The position numbers were made by a program, and so were the translations under genes. The notes beneath the pieces are model-generated. The model was not told the origin of the DNA and made no database searches. It saw nothing but the letters and a program-made list of their open reading frames with translations. A DNA stretch of 64,000 nt from Amoebidium appalachense (Eukaryota; Protista; Ichthyosporea), in NCBI GenBank assembly GCA_963693365.1, contig CAVNZM010000012.1, positions 5,156,389-5,220,388 of the forward strand, written 5' to 3'. This document shows positions 1-48,769 of the stretch, in pieces (position 1 is the stretch's first letter; each line of letters opens with the position of its first letter).

Positions 1-21
1 GTTCCCCCCCTCGTCACCCAG

Positions 22-992
22 ATCGCAGACGGCGAGAACGGGGGTGTCATGATGAACGAATTTCCGAGAGACTTTCCCCCCATGTGGCAGAGAATGAGGG
101 ACGAGGGAAATATGGGGACCAAGGGGGGCTCAAAGGGGGTGGTGGGGGTCAATGTGTCTGAATATCTCGAGTTGATATTCGGGGCCGGGATAGTCAGAGA
201 GGACCTGCCTGTGTGCATGGCTGTGGGCCAACACCGCATCTGGGATAAGTCCGTGACCCCCCCCCCCCCCCCCCCCCCCACCCAACCTCCTAACCCCTCC
301 CCCCTCCCTCCCCCTCCCCCGCCTTTGCCTGAGGATGGGCTCTGGTTTTGGTGCTTACATTCTGTTGTTTCCATGCCATTCTTATTCAGAAACACGTTTT
401 CGTTCTTTATTTCTCACGACTTCAGCTTCGTACAGTATAGTAGCTTCCCCCCTCCCCCCCCCCCTTTCTCACCAATCCGATGATATCCTTAATCAGGAAC
501 ATGTTTTTGTTCTTTGTTTCTCACGACTTTCACTCCCTACAGTATAGTAGCTTCCCCCCGTCCCCCCCCCCCCCCCCCCCCCCCTCTTCTCAGCAATCCG
601 ATGATATCCCGTCACTAAATCCCCTCCCACCCACCAGGCTGCAAGGACAGACCATCACCCCCGATAGTGTCGAGAAAGCCATTACCGAGGTGAAGCTGGC
701 CGACCCGAATTTCCACATGGAGGGGGCTTCATGGACAAACAACATGAGCTGGGTGAAGGGGTACGAGCACGTGCTGGGGCCTATGGCCAAGCTGAGTGCG
801 AAATTTCACGAAAAATGGGACGCAAAAATACGGGAAAATGACCGGGATATTACGCGCACTCGGGAGTATGTGGAGTCGTTGGTGTATGTTTTGCTTATGG
901 AGACGAGCTGCTTTAGGTATTGGGGGAGTGGGGAGTGGACGGATTACGCTATCGAAATTGCAAGGAGGGGGGAGCTGGTGCTCGAAAAATAG
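22..992 (+). CDS. 3' part (last two exons, ~22-248 and ~638-992) of a bacterial-type glycoside hydrolase family 57-like gene; 5' end lies upstream of the window
   Basis: Exon after ...cccag (AG at 20-21) reads IADGENGGVMMNEFP...AVGQHRIWDK. A GT..AG intron (249-637) joins in frame to LQGQ...FHMEGASWTNNMSWVKGYEHVLGPM...LLMETSCFRYWGSGEWTDYA...RRG, with stop TAG at 990-992. I recognise these motifs from cyanobacterial/actinobacterial proteins annotated as GH57 (from memory, not searched). Confidence 0.8.
389..609 (+). repeat. Two diverged tandem copies (~110 bp) inside the GH57-like intron, each containing a poly-C tract
   Basis: ttctttRtttctcacgac...tacagtatagtagcttcccc...caatccgatgatatcc occurs at ~389-488 and ~498-609. 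Confidence 0.8.
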
Positions 993-2547
993 GGGTGAAG
1001 AGGGGGGGGGGGGGGGGGGGGGGGGGAGACCGATGTGGTTTATTGGGCTGAAAAGGGAATGGGGTACGGGTCCGTATATCCTTTTTTGCAACATGTCTTT
1101 TTTAAAAAAATTGTTTTAATATAGGTGGCCTAAATTGTCCATTCAAACATTTGTCCTTTGTTTTTTTCCCTATTGTCAACGGCCCGAAGCCACGGAGACC
1201 GACCCATTAGCAAGGACGAGAGAAATAAAAAGAGAAGAAAACGCACATTTGATGGTGACGATGCGCGTCTCACGTTGCATTGGACACTATTCTGCTATGT
1301 ACACGTGTGTGCCTGTGTGTTTGTGCACGTGTCTGCAGTGTGTGCACAGGTGCAAGCTGTGTTTATAACTGCACGTTACGTAGAGTGTACGGTAAGTGTT
1401 CGAGCTCATTCACGCTTGTGTATCTTTGTGGATATATACATTCCTGTATGGACATTTGTGTGATGTGTTTAAGTTGTTGGTACGCATATGCATTGGTACG
1501 TATGCATCCACGCGCGTGCTTGCAGCATAAACAACCAATAAATAATATAACTATTATGTAGTGCATGCAAGTTTTTCCTAGCAGCTCGCATGTGGATCGA
1601 GCTAAGTTTTAAGCTTGTACAGTCATACATCCATGTATCATCATGCCACACTCGTATCGGATCTGATATATACGTGTCGTGTCGCTCGTCGTACATGTAT
1701 ATATGTTGTACTTCCAGGACCTACACTGAAGCATCAGAACATCGACAATATTCACAACTTTTACACTAGGCCACACGCACAAACACGCACACACACACAC
1801 ACACACACATGAACACCATGCACGTGACACACAGATCTAGAGATCTGGAGACACACACTCAATATGGCTTAGGTTTTAATGGGAGGCAAGTGAATTCACG
1901 GGCAGTGCTGACTCCGTCTACAGTACACAAACCTCGTCGCCGCGTACGGCGCCGGCTAACAAATTTCAACAGTGGTTCCAGTGGTGTTGAATATATCCTC
2001 TCCCCCCCCCCCCCCCCCCCCCCCCCCCCCTTCTCCCCCCACTTCCTTCCTGCACCCTATCATACCACCCCCACGACCATTTCCGCTCCTTAAGCCTATA
2101 CTCGATGACATGCATGCTCCAATGTGACATCAGGGCCTGGCCATGGCTGTGCTGCCCTGATCTGATCATACACCAAACATAAACGTATTGGGTTTCCCCG
2201 GAGATTTATACACATATTGGGATCCACCAAGGCAATATAACTTCTCCCGCAATAGAATTTAGCTTACAGGCAAACTGAGAACCACATATTCTTTATTCAA
2301 TTATTTCTATGAGCTCGTCACCCAGCCAAAGGTCAGACCCGATAGCGCATATGCGTGATTCAGGCCTTGGATAATGTATACTTGTAGACTATGGATAGAA
2401 TTCAAGATGCAGAGTAACCAAATACCAACACACACAACTTTCTACCTTCTCTGTCATTCATAAGGAAATCTGCAACCCGCACCGGAAAGAAAAAATCAAT
2501 GCTCTTAATTCAACAAAATTCAAAGGAACACAGACACAAACATTTAA

Positions 2548-2633
<86 letters not shown>

Positions 2634-2963
2634 ATCCCCCCACCTCCCCCTCCTCCGGAGCTCTTAGACTAGATACGTATACTATCCGTCCATCTGAATG
2701 CTTACATAAAACCATACATCATATATGGGGAGCCCCATCATAATGAAATATAACAGTTGCACTTCCAAAACACGCCAAATCCTACCAATATCAACCACAA
2801 CCGTACACCCACGAGGCCACTAATTAGATCAAATTCATATTCCTGTCAAAATCCTGCTACATTTTTCTAGCATCATTGACCCACCTTTATGCCTACTAGT
2901 ATAATGACTTGAAATCCTGCACTATCCCGTCGAATCATGCCAAAATCCCGCCATTTCCTGCCA

Positions 2964-23199
<20,236 letters not shown>

Positions 23200-23366
23200 C
23201 CTCCTGCTAATACCTCACGGTTTTAGTTTTGTGATTATAAATGGGCCACACAGCTATTATCATACAGCTAAATTGTTGGTGCATGTGGTGAAAAAATGTA
23301 AACGATATGCCATCGTATCAATGGGTTGAAGTAGGATCGGTTGTGTATATGTGTCCACCTCCCCCC

Positions 23367-23444
<78 letters not shown>

Positions 23445-23769
23445 GGACCTAACGCAGGTATCACCATTATTTACACACACACACACACACACTGCACCAC
23501 ACCCCACACCCGCATGCATGCACACAACACAGAAGCATGGGTTTGCCTGAGTAAGCCCGAACCTTTTTTTGTTGTTGTTGTTGCAGACACAAACACAAAA
23601 GCAAAAACAAAACTGTACCGAGAACATGATTCAAGACAGTGTAAGCAAACACGAAAATGAGTGAATAGAAGAACATAATTGCGCACATCTGTAGTTAACC
23701 TGCACAAAACCACCACACCACGCACGTACAACAGACACGAACACACACCCATGTGTCACTATTACGCGT

Positions 23770-23973
<204 letters not shown>

Positions 23974-24706
23974 GCACCCATGCAACCAACCATCCCCACC
24001 CTCCACACACACACGGACAGAAAGGCAAACACACAAATATAAAAAAAACCACACACGTTTGCACACAGGCCGCCCCCCCAGGGGGTGGGGGGAGGGGGGG
24101 GGGGGGGGAAGAGAAGGAGAGAAGGAACGAGAGAGAGGGAGAGAGGGAGACGCACAGAGGGGGACAAAAGAAGAAGAGGGGGAGGGAAGGGAGGGGCGGG
24201 CTGTATAAACGAAGTATTCATACCTTGTAAATGGCAACCCGGGGCACGTCCCAGCCACCAGTCCTGTTGGGTGTGTGCTTGTCGCTACACAGGTGTATCT
24301 GTGTGTACAAAAAAGCGCCAAGCAAATACAATTTCTAGCCTTGCGGTCGAATCCCTTTCTGGCGAGTTTAAAAAAAAAAACACTGCCAGAGCAAAAATAG
24401 ATTTGTTGCGAAATAGATAGCCAAATCTGGACTAGCAACTCGGCACGCGACCGGGCCCTTATGGGAGTCTAGGCTGTGTGCGTGTGACAAATGATGGTGC
24501 GAAGTGGCACGAGACAAAAGGAGAAGGGTTTATAGCAAGTTGTCCTACGTTGGTGGCTCTAAAGAACTGAACGGTCAATGCTATAGTTAATCTGTGCACG
24601 TATGCATGGTTTGCATCGCCGTACATCTCCAACGTTGGCACAAACGAGACTCAAGTCAGTGTACCTCAGCTGCAGGGGAGGCCGCTGTGTTTGCGCCATC
24701 AAAAGT

Positions 24707-24819
24707 TTTGGCGCGAAATCAAGACGGACCGGACTAAAAATAGACACCGAATCAGAACACCTTTAAATGCGACTAATATGTTTATATTTACATCACTGTG
24801 ATTGGTTCAGCTTTGGCGC
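24707..24819 (-). promoter_or_regulatory. Putative SMARCC promoter elements: E2F-type sites and CCAAT box
   Basis: tttggcgcgaaa at 24707-24718, attgg at 24801-24805 and tttggcgc at 24812-24819, in a repeat-free stretch ~1.5 kb upstream of the ATG. Confidence 0.45.
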
Positions 24820-25828
24820 AATCGCATACATATGATTTCGATACAGTCTGACTCTGATAGCTCTAGATCTTGGCCACTGTCATGAAGTGAAGATCTTCGG
24901 GAGGGGTCTCCAACTCCCCCCCCCCCCTCCCCCTCCCCGAGCCTCCTCGGCGCCCCTCCCCTCCCTCCCTCCCCCCACCCCCCAATAATCCCCAACCCCC
25001 CCAGTGGCCACCCCTCTTTTTTCTTTTCTTTTTTCTTTTTTTGTTGCTGTGCACGTGCGTGTTTGTGTGCGTTTGGGGGGGGGGAACACCGTTGTGTGAT
25101 TGCCCCATACATAGTTCGATTGACTCATGATGCGCTTTGAATGCATATGAAAACCTTGTCTCCGTCTTCATATTCTTCTGTGCAAATTGGAAACAAAGTC
25201 ACAGATTGTTGTCTCGCGGCCACTATGATGATTATGCATGATGCTGCAGGCACACGCAGCTAAACATTCCCACATATGAACGAGAGACTCATTGTCACTG
25301 AGAGAGGGCACGTGCCAAATCAATAATTTACTCTGCAAAGAGCCAGAACGGATACATATATTCGAATCTAAGTTTTAAATCTTAGTATACATGCATATTT
25401 CGACCTTATCTAATTAGTTGATTTTCCTGGTGCAATGTCGTAAACAAAAAACCCCGAAAAACTCACAAATGAAGAAAACGACATAGCGCAACAAAGTACT
25501 GATATAGTCTCATAGAAGCACATCCGCCACAAAAGGTTTCACCCATGAACTTGTTGTCAATGATATGCCGATACAACAACATACGCACATGTGATATTCG
25601 AACTAGTTATGCATACTGCATATCACAGCAATACATGATGCTTAACAGTCGCAACCAACAACTTATACATTCAAACTATAATACCAATACATTCTCTCAT
25701 ATGTAGCCAACTTCTTGTTAGTAACCCATATTCAAATTTACAGACAACAAGAAAATTATACAGGCATGATAACCGGTCATATGTGGCCAACACTGGCACC
25801 ACAACTCATCACCACCCGCCACAACCAC

Positions 25829-28599
25829 CTAATCAAACACCTTCAGATACGGCGCCCAGCTTTCATTCGACGGTGGCACGGGTTCGAGCATCTCCACAAG
25901 ATCAATCGAATCAGTGAGCACTGGTGTCTGGCCGTCGGGCACTCGGTATGGTGCCCATGAAGACCTGGTTTAACAAAAAAAAAAAAAAAAAAAAAGGAGA
26001 AGAAGAAGAAGAAGAAAGAGAATGTGAGAGGGCAGAACTTGTTCGATGACTCAGAGCATGAATGGGCGTTGTCCTATATAGGTACAGTCAAGAAAAGAAA
26101 AAAAGGATTGGGTGGGGGGGTTCCCCGGGGAGGGGGGAGGGGGGGGGGGGGGGGGGGGGGGGGGATTATGCAGTTTTGTCCGGAGGATATTATTGAACGG
26201 TACACAAGCTAATAGTTCAATCGTTTGGCACAGACATAGCTTCATTTCGCTGCATTCTTGCTGCTCACTAAGGAAATAAATGAAGAGAGAGTCCATCCTG
26301 TACAGGAAGTACCCCAGGCAGCAAGGCAGCAAGGGGGAGGTGATGTGTGTGCTTGTGTGTGCGTGTGGGTGTGCATGCACGTGTGCGTGTGTGTGTGCAT
26401 GTGCGTGTGTCTCAACCTGTGAATATGTGTGTGTGGCACTACGGGTGTGCGTGTGTGTGTCTGTGTGGCACTACGGGGGGGGTGTGTGTGTGTCTGTGTA
26501 GCACTACGGGTGTGTGTGTGCCAGTGTGTGTGCGTGTGCCTGTGCGTGTGTGGAGGGGGGAGGGGGGAACCCACCTGACATTTTCCAACCCTTCAGCCGA
26601 CAACTCTGCCTGTCTCCAATACAGCTGATACTCATCCATGGTGTCCGCATCCATCACTGCTTGCCCGTTGTCCTTGGTGCCACCTACACTAACTGCTCCA
26701 TTCATTCTATCATCACCTCCAGTGGTTTGAACACCATCCGCATGTCCTGTTCCTTTTTCTCCTCTTTTTCCACCAACGCCATTTGAAGCCTCTCCCTCGC
26801 CCTCGCTTGACACAGTCTCTTCTCTTTCCGACGAACAGCCAAAATTATCATTATCATATCTTGTGTGTTCTTTTCCCTCTTGCATCTCATTCATTTCCTT
26901 GATCTTTTTATCCTGTTGGTCCCGTTCGGCATTAAGTCTCTCCAATTCTGCACCTGTGATGGTCTGTGCCTGTGCAAGTATATTTTGTGCATGTTGAAAG
27001 CCACGGTGGAAGGCTGAATCCTCCTCGGCAGAGCTGGGCACATAGCCTGTGTGCAGGTGGTGGGTAAATAGGTGGGTGAGTGAAAACGTGGGTAGGAGCG
27101 CCCGAGGGAGACGGGAGGGACGGAGAGAAAGAGTGAGTAAGGGATGGGGGGTGAAAGGCCACGGGCGGGGTGCTGAAGGGGCCTGAAGGAGTAGGAATAA
27201 GGCATTTTTTTTTCCTCCATAAGTGAAGAACGAGCAGTAGTGAATAAGGGTGTATGTTTGAGTGTTCTCGTCCAATCTCGGGGAAGGAGACCGGGAGCGG
27301 GGGGGGGGGGGGGGGGGGGGGGTTGAAGAGCATCAGCTAACAGTAAGCTAATCACGTAACTTATGACCCATAACCCTTAACCCCGTTTCCACGTCGTGTT
27401 ACCTTGCCTGAGGGCGTCCGTGTGTCGTGCCTGTCTAAGCTGCAGTAGTAAATCCAACATCTGTGCCCATGCCCCCAATTCGTCCCCAATGCGCCCTACG
27501 TGTTTGCTGCGCACCCGTGCAAGCTGACGTTCCTCCTCTGCCTGTGTACAGCAATAGAGAGTGAGGTTACATTACATTGTGAGTTAAGGAATAAATCAAA
27601 GCTACAACGGGAGTTGAGATGGCATAGAAAATATTGAAGAGCAAAAAAGGAATCTGATTGAGGGTTGGTTGCAAGGGGGGGAAATGGGGAAGGGGGGGAA
27701 GGGGGGGGGGGAGGGGGGGGGGGGTATCAATGCAAGTTGATTTGAAAGCTGTGTTGGCAGGCATGGTGAGTGAGCTCTTTTGGAGACAAGGGTTATTTTT
27801 AGTCTTCCCTTTTTCCTTCTTCTTCTTCTTCTTTTCTTTTTTTTGTGGGGGGGGGGGGGGGGGGGGGGGGGGGGGAGAAGGGGGGGGGGGGGGATGTATG
27901 CGTTAGAGGGTTGGAAATATGGAGGAGACAACAAAGAGCGTCAACAAAACGTCACAAACGTGGGAAATCCAAAATCAAAACAATTAAGCATGTAGGCAGA
28001 AGACACTTGAACAGAGCCCATCATCAGGGGGGTTCCGGGGGAAAGGGGGTTGCACAATACAGAGTTCAAACCACACACGATGAAAAAACGGTGCAGAACA
28101 CCACATCATATTCTGCTCAGCAACAACATTCAGAGCAGGAAACACAGGTGGAGCGCCATCTCTCCAGGTGTGGAACGCAAGCGGGTGGGCGGGCGGGCGG
28201 GTGGGCGGGCGGGTGGGCGGGCGGGTGGGCGGGCGGGGGGGGAGGGGGGGGGGGGGGGGGGGGGAGGGGTTGGCAACCTTTGCCGTTTCCGCCATCAAAT
28301 GTCTGCGGGTGGCCAGCCACTCATCAGCCCTTGCATGTGCCCTCTGGAGTCTTGCTTCCTCACCCTCTCTTTCCTCTGCACGCTTCAACCTTGCACGCCT
28401 TCTGTAGGCCTATATTTCCACCTTAGTGTGGCCAAAAGAAAACGTGTGCACAGCTACAACACAACACACAAAACTTAAGTGAGGAATGCAGAACGCAAGG
28501 GTGGTTGCCCCTTAATTTTTTTTCTTTTTTTTCTTTTTGCAAGAAAGGATCCAAATGGAAAGGCAAGGGGCGGCAGGGGGATGGCGAGGGCGGGGAGGG

Positions 28600-28630
<31 letters not shown>

Positions 28631-30188
28631 TCAATCTAGGCCTCTGAGATCGTCTGCGGGAGGCACCACCGATAGAGTGTGCGTCACCCATCCCACATCT
28701 CTGCCCCCTCCTCCCCCCCCCCCCCCCCCCCATCCCCCCCCCCCCCCCCCCCTCCCCCTTCCCTCCCCTCCTTCTCCCCGTTTAGGCTTTCACATACATA
28801 CATACTCCCTTCCTCCCTCCCACTCCCCACCTTCCCTATCAACACACAGCAGGTACACCGACCTACCTTTTTGAGCTGTTTCCTGCTCTTGTAGCTGGCT
28901 AGCTGTATCCGAAGCTGTGCCATTGCTTCATCAAGACGAACCTGGATACAACCATTCCGTTATACTCCATGACTCAGACATAATCACAGACATCGTCACA
29001 CTTGCCATTCACAAGCACATGCACAAGAACATGCACATGCACATGCACATGCACACGCACAAGCGCACACGCACACGCACACGCACACGCACACGCACAC
29101 ACGCACGCACGCACGCACGCCCGCCCGCCCGCCCGCCCGCCCGCCCGCACACACGCACGCACGCACGCACGCACGCACACACACACGCACACACGCACAC
29201 ACGCACACACACACACACACACACACGAACCTATGTACACACCCACTTCATCGCAGCCGCCAGCACCAAAACAGATGCACGAGCAAATCCCAAGCCACCA
29301 TCGTAGCTTTATCATGCACACACTACCCGTTGGTGCCGCAACCTACCATGCTCTAAAAACTATTGTACAGCCTAGCGGTGTTTTGTGCACCAAAAAAGAA
29401 GGACGAGTGTATGTCTCTCGGATACATTCTTCAACATCACCGACACTTTTCTTTCAGCATTGTGTGTCTATGGGACAGGGAAGCAGAATGATGTGATGGG
29501 CAATCCCGGTTTTTTGTTAGCACACATATACTGTCATCAATTTGGAGAGCGAGGTTGGGGGAGGGGGGGGGGGGGGGGGTTTGGTTGAGTGGGATTGAGG
29601 GGAGGGGGGGGGGGGGGGGAGGGGGGGAGAGGGGGGAGGTGTGTCGGGGGAAGGGGGGGGGGGGGGGTGTGGGGGGGGGAGGGAGGGGGAGTGTTACCTG
29701 AAGAAGTCGTATCTGCTCCAGACGTGGTGGCTCTATCTGGCGATCTGGGCCCTGCCACATAGTTCCCATCAGCGAATACACATGACGCTAAGAAGCAATA
29801 ACAAATATCTCTCATTAGCATGCATCATGCTGCCATTCCCACACACACACAAAAAAAAAAATATAAAAAAAATAGAAACCGAACTGACCATTTTACTTGT
29901 AAGATAGAGCAATGTGTGCAGGTTCCGCCATCAGCCCAGCTGTGGTGGGTGCATATGTGATGGGCTATGTTGGGTATGTTATACTTGCTCGAACCTCTTC
30001 ATTACCACAAAGAGCCTAAGGCAGGCTGCAAACCCAGCCGTGTGCAGGATGGGGGGTGTTCCCACAATTCCTCTGACCCCGTGCCCAACCCCAAAAGTCC
30101 ACAACACACACTCACATACACACTCATTCTCCCTCTCTCCCTCCCCCCAGCTTCTCCTCTAACTCCCCCCCCCTCACTCTCTTTCTCC

Positions 30189-30233
<45 letters not shown>

Positions 30234-30821
30234 TTGGGGCGCACATTGACAGACATGCACAGAGAAACACACTCCTTTCCCTCCTCCTCTTACTCACTCT
30301 CCTCCCTTCTTTGCATCTCGCACTGTATTCTTCTTACTATTCTCATTATATGATGGTGATGGCAATCGTGGTATTGATGCTGAGTTTGTGTGTGTGTGTG
30401 CGCGTGTGCGCATATGTTCGTGAATGTGTGTATTGAAGGGGGGGAGGGGGGGGAGGGGCAGGCATGAGATACCATGGCAGCCAGTTGTTCTTTCTGTGCC
30501 CTCATGTCTCTGTACAGAGCCAGCACCGTGTGGCCTGCAGGCACGGGGCATTGCAGCAGTTGCTCCTCAGTCATATTCCCACCACTGTGAAAAATGGAGA
30601 GCACAGGGAAATGAGGTGGGATATGCAGCAAACTTTTCTCTTTCTTTTTCTACTGTATTTTCCCTGGATTTTCGGTCGGGCGTGACGTGAGGGTGGATGT
30701 GCAGACACTTCTTCTCCCTCTCTACCACATTTATTTCCTCTGTGTTTTCCTTCTCTTTCTTCTCTTTTCTATTGATGGAAGCAGTTGATGTGTTACGGGA
30801 TATATACATAGAGAGAGAGGG

Positions 30822-30876
<55 letters not shown>

Positions 30877-31035
30877 GGAGGCCGCAAGTGGATGCCGCAG
30901 AAATTAGACAGGGAGAGACAGAGAGGGTCAGAGGGAGAGATACTCCTGGTGGGGAGGGGGGGGAGGGGAGAGTGACCGAGGCAGTGAGAGAGGGACAGAG
31001 CGAGAGAGAGCAAGAGAATGTGGGGGGAGGTTTTT

Positions 31036-31066
<31 letters not shown>

Positions 31067-31923
31067 GGGGGGACTGACGGACAGAAGGAAGGGGGAAGGG
31101 AGATGGGGGAGTGAAGAGAGGGAGCGAGAGACACATTCTTTTTCCAGCGCCTGGCCCCTGACCACCACGAAACTACGAAACTTGTTTGCTCCTCACCCTT
31201 CCCCCTCCTTCTGCCTCCCCTCCTACCTTCCCTCCTGCTCTTTCGATCATTTCTCTCGTGTCCGCATCGTGCATCAACCTCCCAAACTCCATTTTTCCTT
31301 TCACGACTTTCTCATTTTGCGTAAAAACCAGAGCTTACCTCTCAGTTTGGTCGGCCCTTGCCATGCCTGCTGGGCACCATCTTTCCCTCCACTCCACCAA
31401 CCACCTCTGAAGCTCTCCTTCCTGCTCTCCAGGATCTCGTTTTGTGCCTGCACCACTTTCGCTTGAAAACGTTTGCACGCTTGACGCGCTTGGCCGCCTG
31501 TCGCTATGAAACATCGGGGGATTGAGTAGTGGTGGGTGTATGGGGGGGAGCAATCGGGTGGTTGGGCACTTGGAACTGGAACTGTGAGCCAGAAACCCTC
31601 ATCGGCATGGGTGTATTAAACCCTCCTCCGTGCATGGGTAGAAAGGGAGGACGCATCTGTGCATGATTCGTCTGATTCGACTGCGGGGGCGGATTCCATG
31701 CAGCTTGCATCCCTGGGATGTTGAGTGGTTGGGGGTTGTAGTTCACAGATCCTTGATGCATACCTGCATGCTCCGGCTGAAAGAACTGTGGTGGCTGAGC
31801 CATGTATGGTGGTGCGGCCTGGCCCAGGGGGGCACTCGGTGGTCTCCCAGCTGGGGGCACTGGCGGTCCTAACGTGTGTGGGAACGGTGGTGGCCCACCT
31901 GCTGCAGTTTGGTAATTCCACAT
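25829..31923 (-). CDS. PDCD7: PDCD7 / U11-U12 snRNP 59K homologue (minor spliceosome), multi-exon, with an apparent 1-nt frameshift in a G7 run at ~31542-31548
   Basis: Pro-rich N-terminus from ATG 31923. Coiled-coil exons read [16 protein letters not shown] / [21 protein letters not shown] / [13 protein letters not shown] / EEDSAF...[19 protein letters not shown]. The final exon (~25965-25829) reads SSWAPYRVP...[17 protein letters not shown], matching the PDCD7 C-terminal pattern Y..QAE.S...L..IR..W..Y.VP...PPS...WA..L. One or two internal exons are uncertain. Confidence 0.75.
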
Positions 31924-32186
31924 CTCGTCGTGCTGGTAGGAGTGATTTTTCCAATGGAAGAGGGGGCATTCGAAGAGTGGGTTGGTAAGCAGCAGGGCAA
32001 ACAGGGGGGGTGGGGAGGGTGTGTGTGTGTGTGTGTGTGTGCACATATGTGGGGGGGGGGGGGGGGGGGGGGGGGGGGTATCTTAGGTGGTGGTGGTAGC
32101 GGCGGGTGGGGAGGGGGGAGGGGGAAAGGAGGGGGTGGGGGAGAGGGGGGGGAGGTGGAGAGGGAGGGGAGAGGGAGGGAGGGATG

Positions 32187-32228
<42 letters not shown>

Positions 32229-32650
32229 GGGGGGGGGAGGGGCGGGGGGGGGGGAGAGAGAGAGAGAGAGAGCGAGAGAGAGAATGAAGGTGGGGGGGTT
32301 AGGAGAGGAGGGAGAGAGAGGGGGGTGGAGGGGTTGGGAGGGAGGGGGGAGGGGGGGGGGGGGGAGGGAAGAGGAGAGTGAGAAACGAGAGAGAAAGAGA
32401 GAGAAACGGGGTGTGTTGCATGTATGTGACTATCAGTGGCTGATACTATCTAATTATGCAATGTGCAGTTTCCTACTTATCATTTCTTTATTCGTAGCCG
32501 TGAGGCTGACCCTTGTGTAACTGTACAAAGCCTCACAAAGACGACACATCGCCGTGCCGCCGTGACAACGCAGCGCTGCGCATGCAGTCACACTCAGACC
32601 CAAATGTTTTTGTTTGCGCAAACCGAATCTTGCGCCAGATCTGCAGTTGA

Positions 32651-32835
32651 CCAATCAGCACGAACAACTATCAGTGCTCATTAAAGCAGCCAATCATCTC
32701 ACAGGAGCTTTCAGGGTTGTGATTGGCTGAAAGTTTCGCGCCAACATGATTCAAAAACTGTCGCCGCGTTTGCGTTGCCGCCGTTGCCCACACACCCGCT
32801 GTGTGCCGTGCCTGTGTGCTCTTGCGCGAAAAAAC
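32651..32835. promoter_or_regulatory. Putative bidirectional PDCD7/CDC45 promoter with three CCAAT boxes and E2F sites
   Basis: CCAAT at 32651 and 32690, ATTGG at 32722, tttcgcgcc at 32734-32742 and gcgcgaaaa at ~32824. All lie between the divergent start codons at 31923 and 33393. Confidence 0.55.
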
Positions 32836-33392
32836 TTACACAGCAGCGCACTGATGTGCGAGTATATAAACCAGAATCTACAGTAGATAACGGATGTTAA
32901 GTTAGATAGGGTAAAAGGGGAACTTCTAGTACCGTTGTTAATAGTTCAGTATAGAGCAGGGCTAGTGAGCTAGTAGCGAAGTCGACAGTGGCATCATACA
33001 ACCAGAAAGGAAATCGTTAGCACTAGGAAGCTGTTCCCGTCGAAACTACGTTCGTACACTGTTCACCAATAGCTTTGTTACATGCATATGTTTTCCCTTG
33101 GATTTTCGCCTTCTGTTTGATGTTCTACTAGTACACAATCACTTCGCACCCAGAAACAGTCACGTTGAACCGTCGAGCCCTTCGGACTCTGTTTTCACGC
33201 GAGCGAACCACTACATACCCTAATCGTACATATAAGTAGCGTTTACTTCAAACCCTCTTCTTCATAACTAGTCTATTGTTTTCGGCCTTTCAAAGGCGAT
33301 GTCCTGCTACACGAACCTGCCAAGGTAGTACACACTTTCACAGAACAACCAATCCTGGTTGTAAGCCCTACCGCTGTGTAGGCGACGGTCCG

Positions 33393-47580
<14,188 letters not shown>

Positions 47581-48290
47581 GTTCCAGATGCCACGGGACG
47601 ATGGTGTGCGGACAGTGCATGTAGGTGTGTAAACACGTGTGTGTATGCGTTGTGCACTTGGGTATGTGTGCACGTGAAATAGTGCCATGAGCGGTGCCGC
47701 GGTGAATCGTGGTTATGTAAGCACTTGAAAGTGTGCATGGGTTTGAATGCATGCTGCAAGTAGAGTGAGTTCTTGAATGCTTCTCAAATAGTATACAGCT
47801 TAAGGTGAGCCGTGTGCAACTCATCTTCGCGGTGTCCCTGTGTTTGCCATATTATATGAGCCATGCGTAGGTGATAAAGCAATAAATAGGGAGGTTTTGT
47901 GGTGTCGGTTGTCTCAGTAGGCTGCACTACTGAGTCGGAATAGTGTCTGTGTGTGGTTGTTTTCTATGGGAAGTCTTAGAGACCAGAAAAGGTTATTTGG
48001 CTGTAATTAGACTAAGTCTAAGGCGCTCCTCCATTTGGAGATGCAGGTTTTCCTTCCGGGCCGGTGTGGCCCCGTTTTGTAGCCGGCCCTAGTTATGAAA
48101 ACGTTTTCGGATACATTGTTTATCACCAAGCGCACCCTCTTGCTTTTAAACAATGTCATGCTTGTCATGTATGAAGTTGTTGTAAGCCGCCATTTATGAG
48201 TTAATCAGTGGTAGTTACTGACTTGAATTAGACCCCTTGCGTGGAGTCCGAGTGGCTGCGAATATAATAATCGTGCTTTCACCGCGGGAA

Positions 48291-48328
<38 letters not shown>

Positions 48329-48769
48329 CACACACGTTATAATCATAATTCCTCAAGTGTCCTTTTTCTGACACCGTGTGCCATGCCACGGTACCGGGGC
48401 ATACCATCAACTATTATTCCGAACAGGAAAGGCTTGCATGTGTGTTTCAAAATATAGTCGTAATTCAGTTGGATTCCAGTACTGAGTCACGGTTCGGCTT
48501 CAGAGTCTTCGGCCTATACGCAACGTATTGGTTTCAAAATTCAGAAGTTACCTACTGCGGCAATGCACGCTGTGATAAAAATAAAGGTTACGGCGCCGGG
48601 TAGCACCTTGCTCGAACGACTCATAGTGTGAATGTGACTTTTTCCGGAGTGTGCTCGGTACGTTAGTACTAATCAGACCCTCTAGAGTCAGGCTGGTCCA
48701 GGAAGCCTTTGCAACCTTTACTAAAAGCCAATAGTATTATGCTAATAGTATTAATTATTATATTGCAAT

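Noticed and set aside
483-490. ATATCCTT as a U12 5' splice site in the GH57-like intron
   Set aside because: It lies inside a tandem repeat unit within a GT-AG intron that already restores the frame, and I found no matching exon or U12 branch site.
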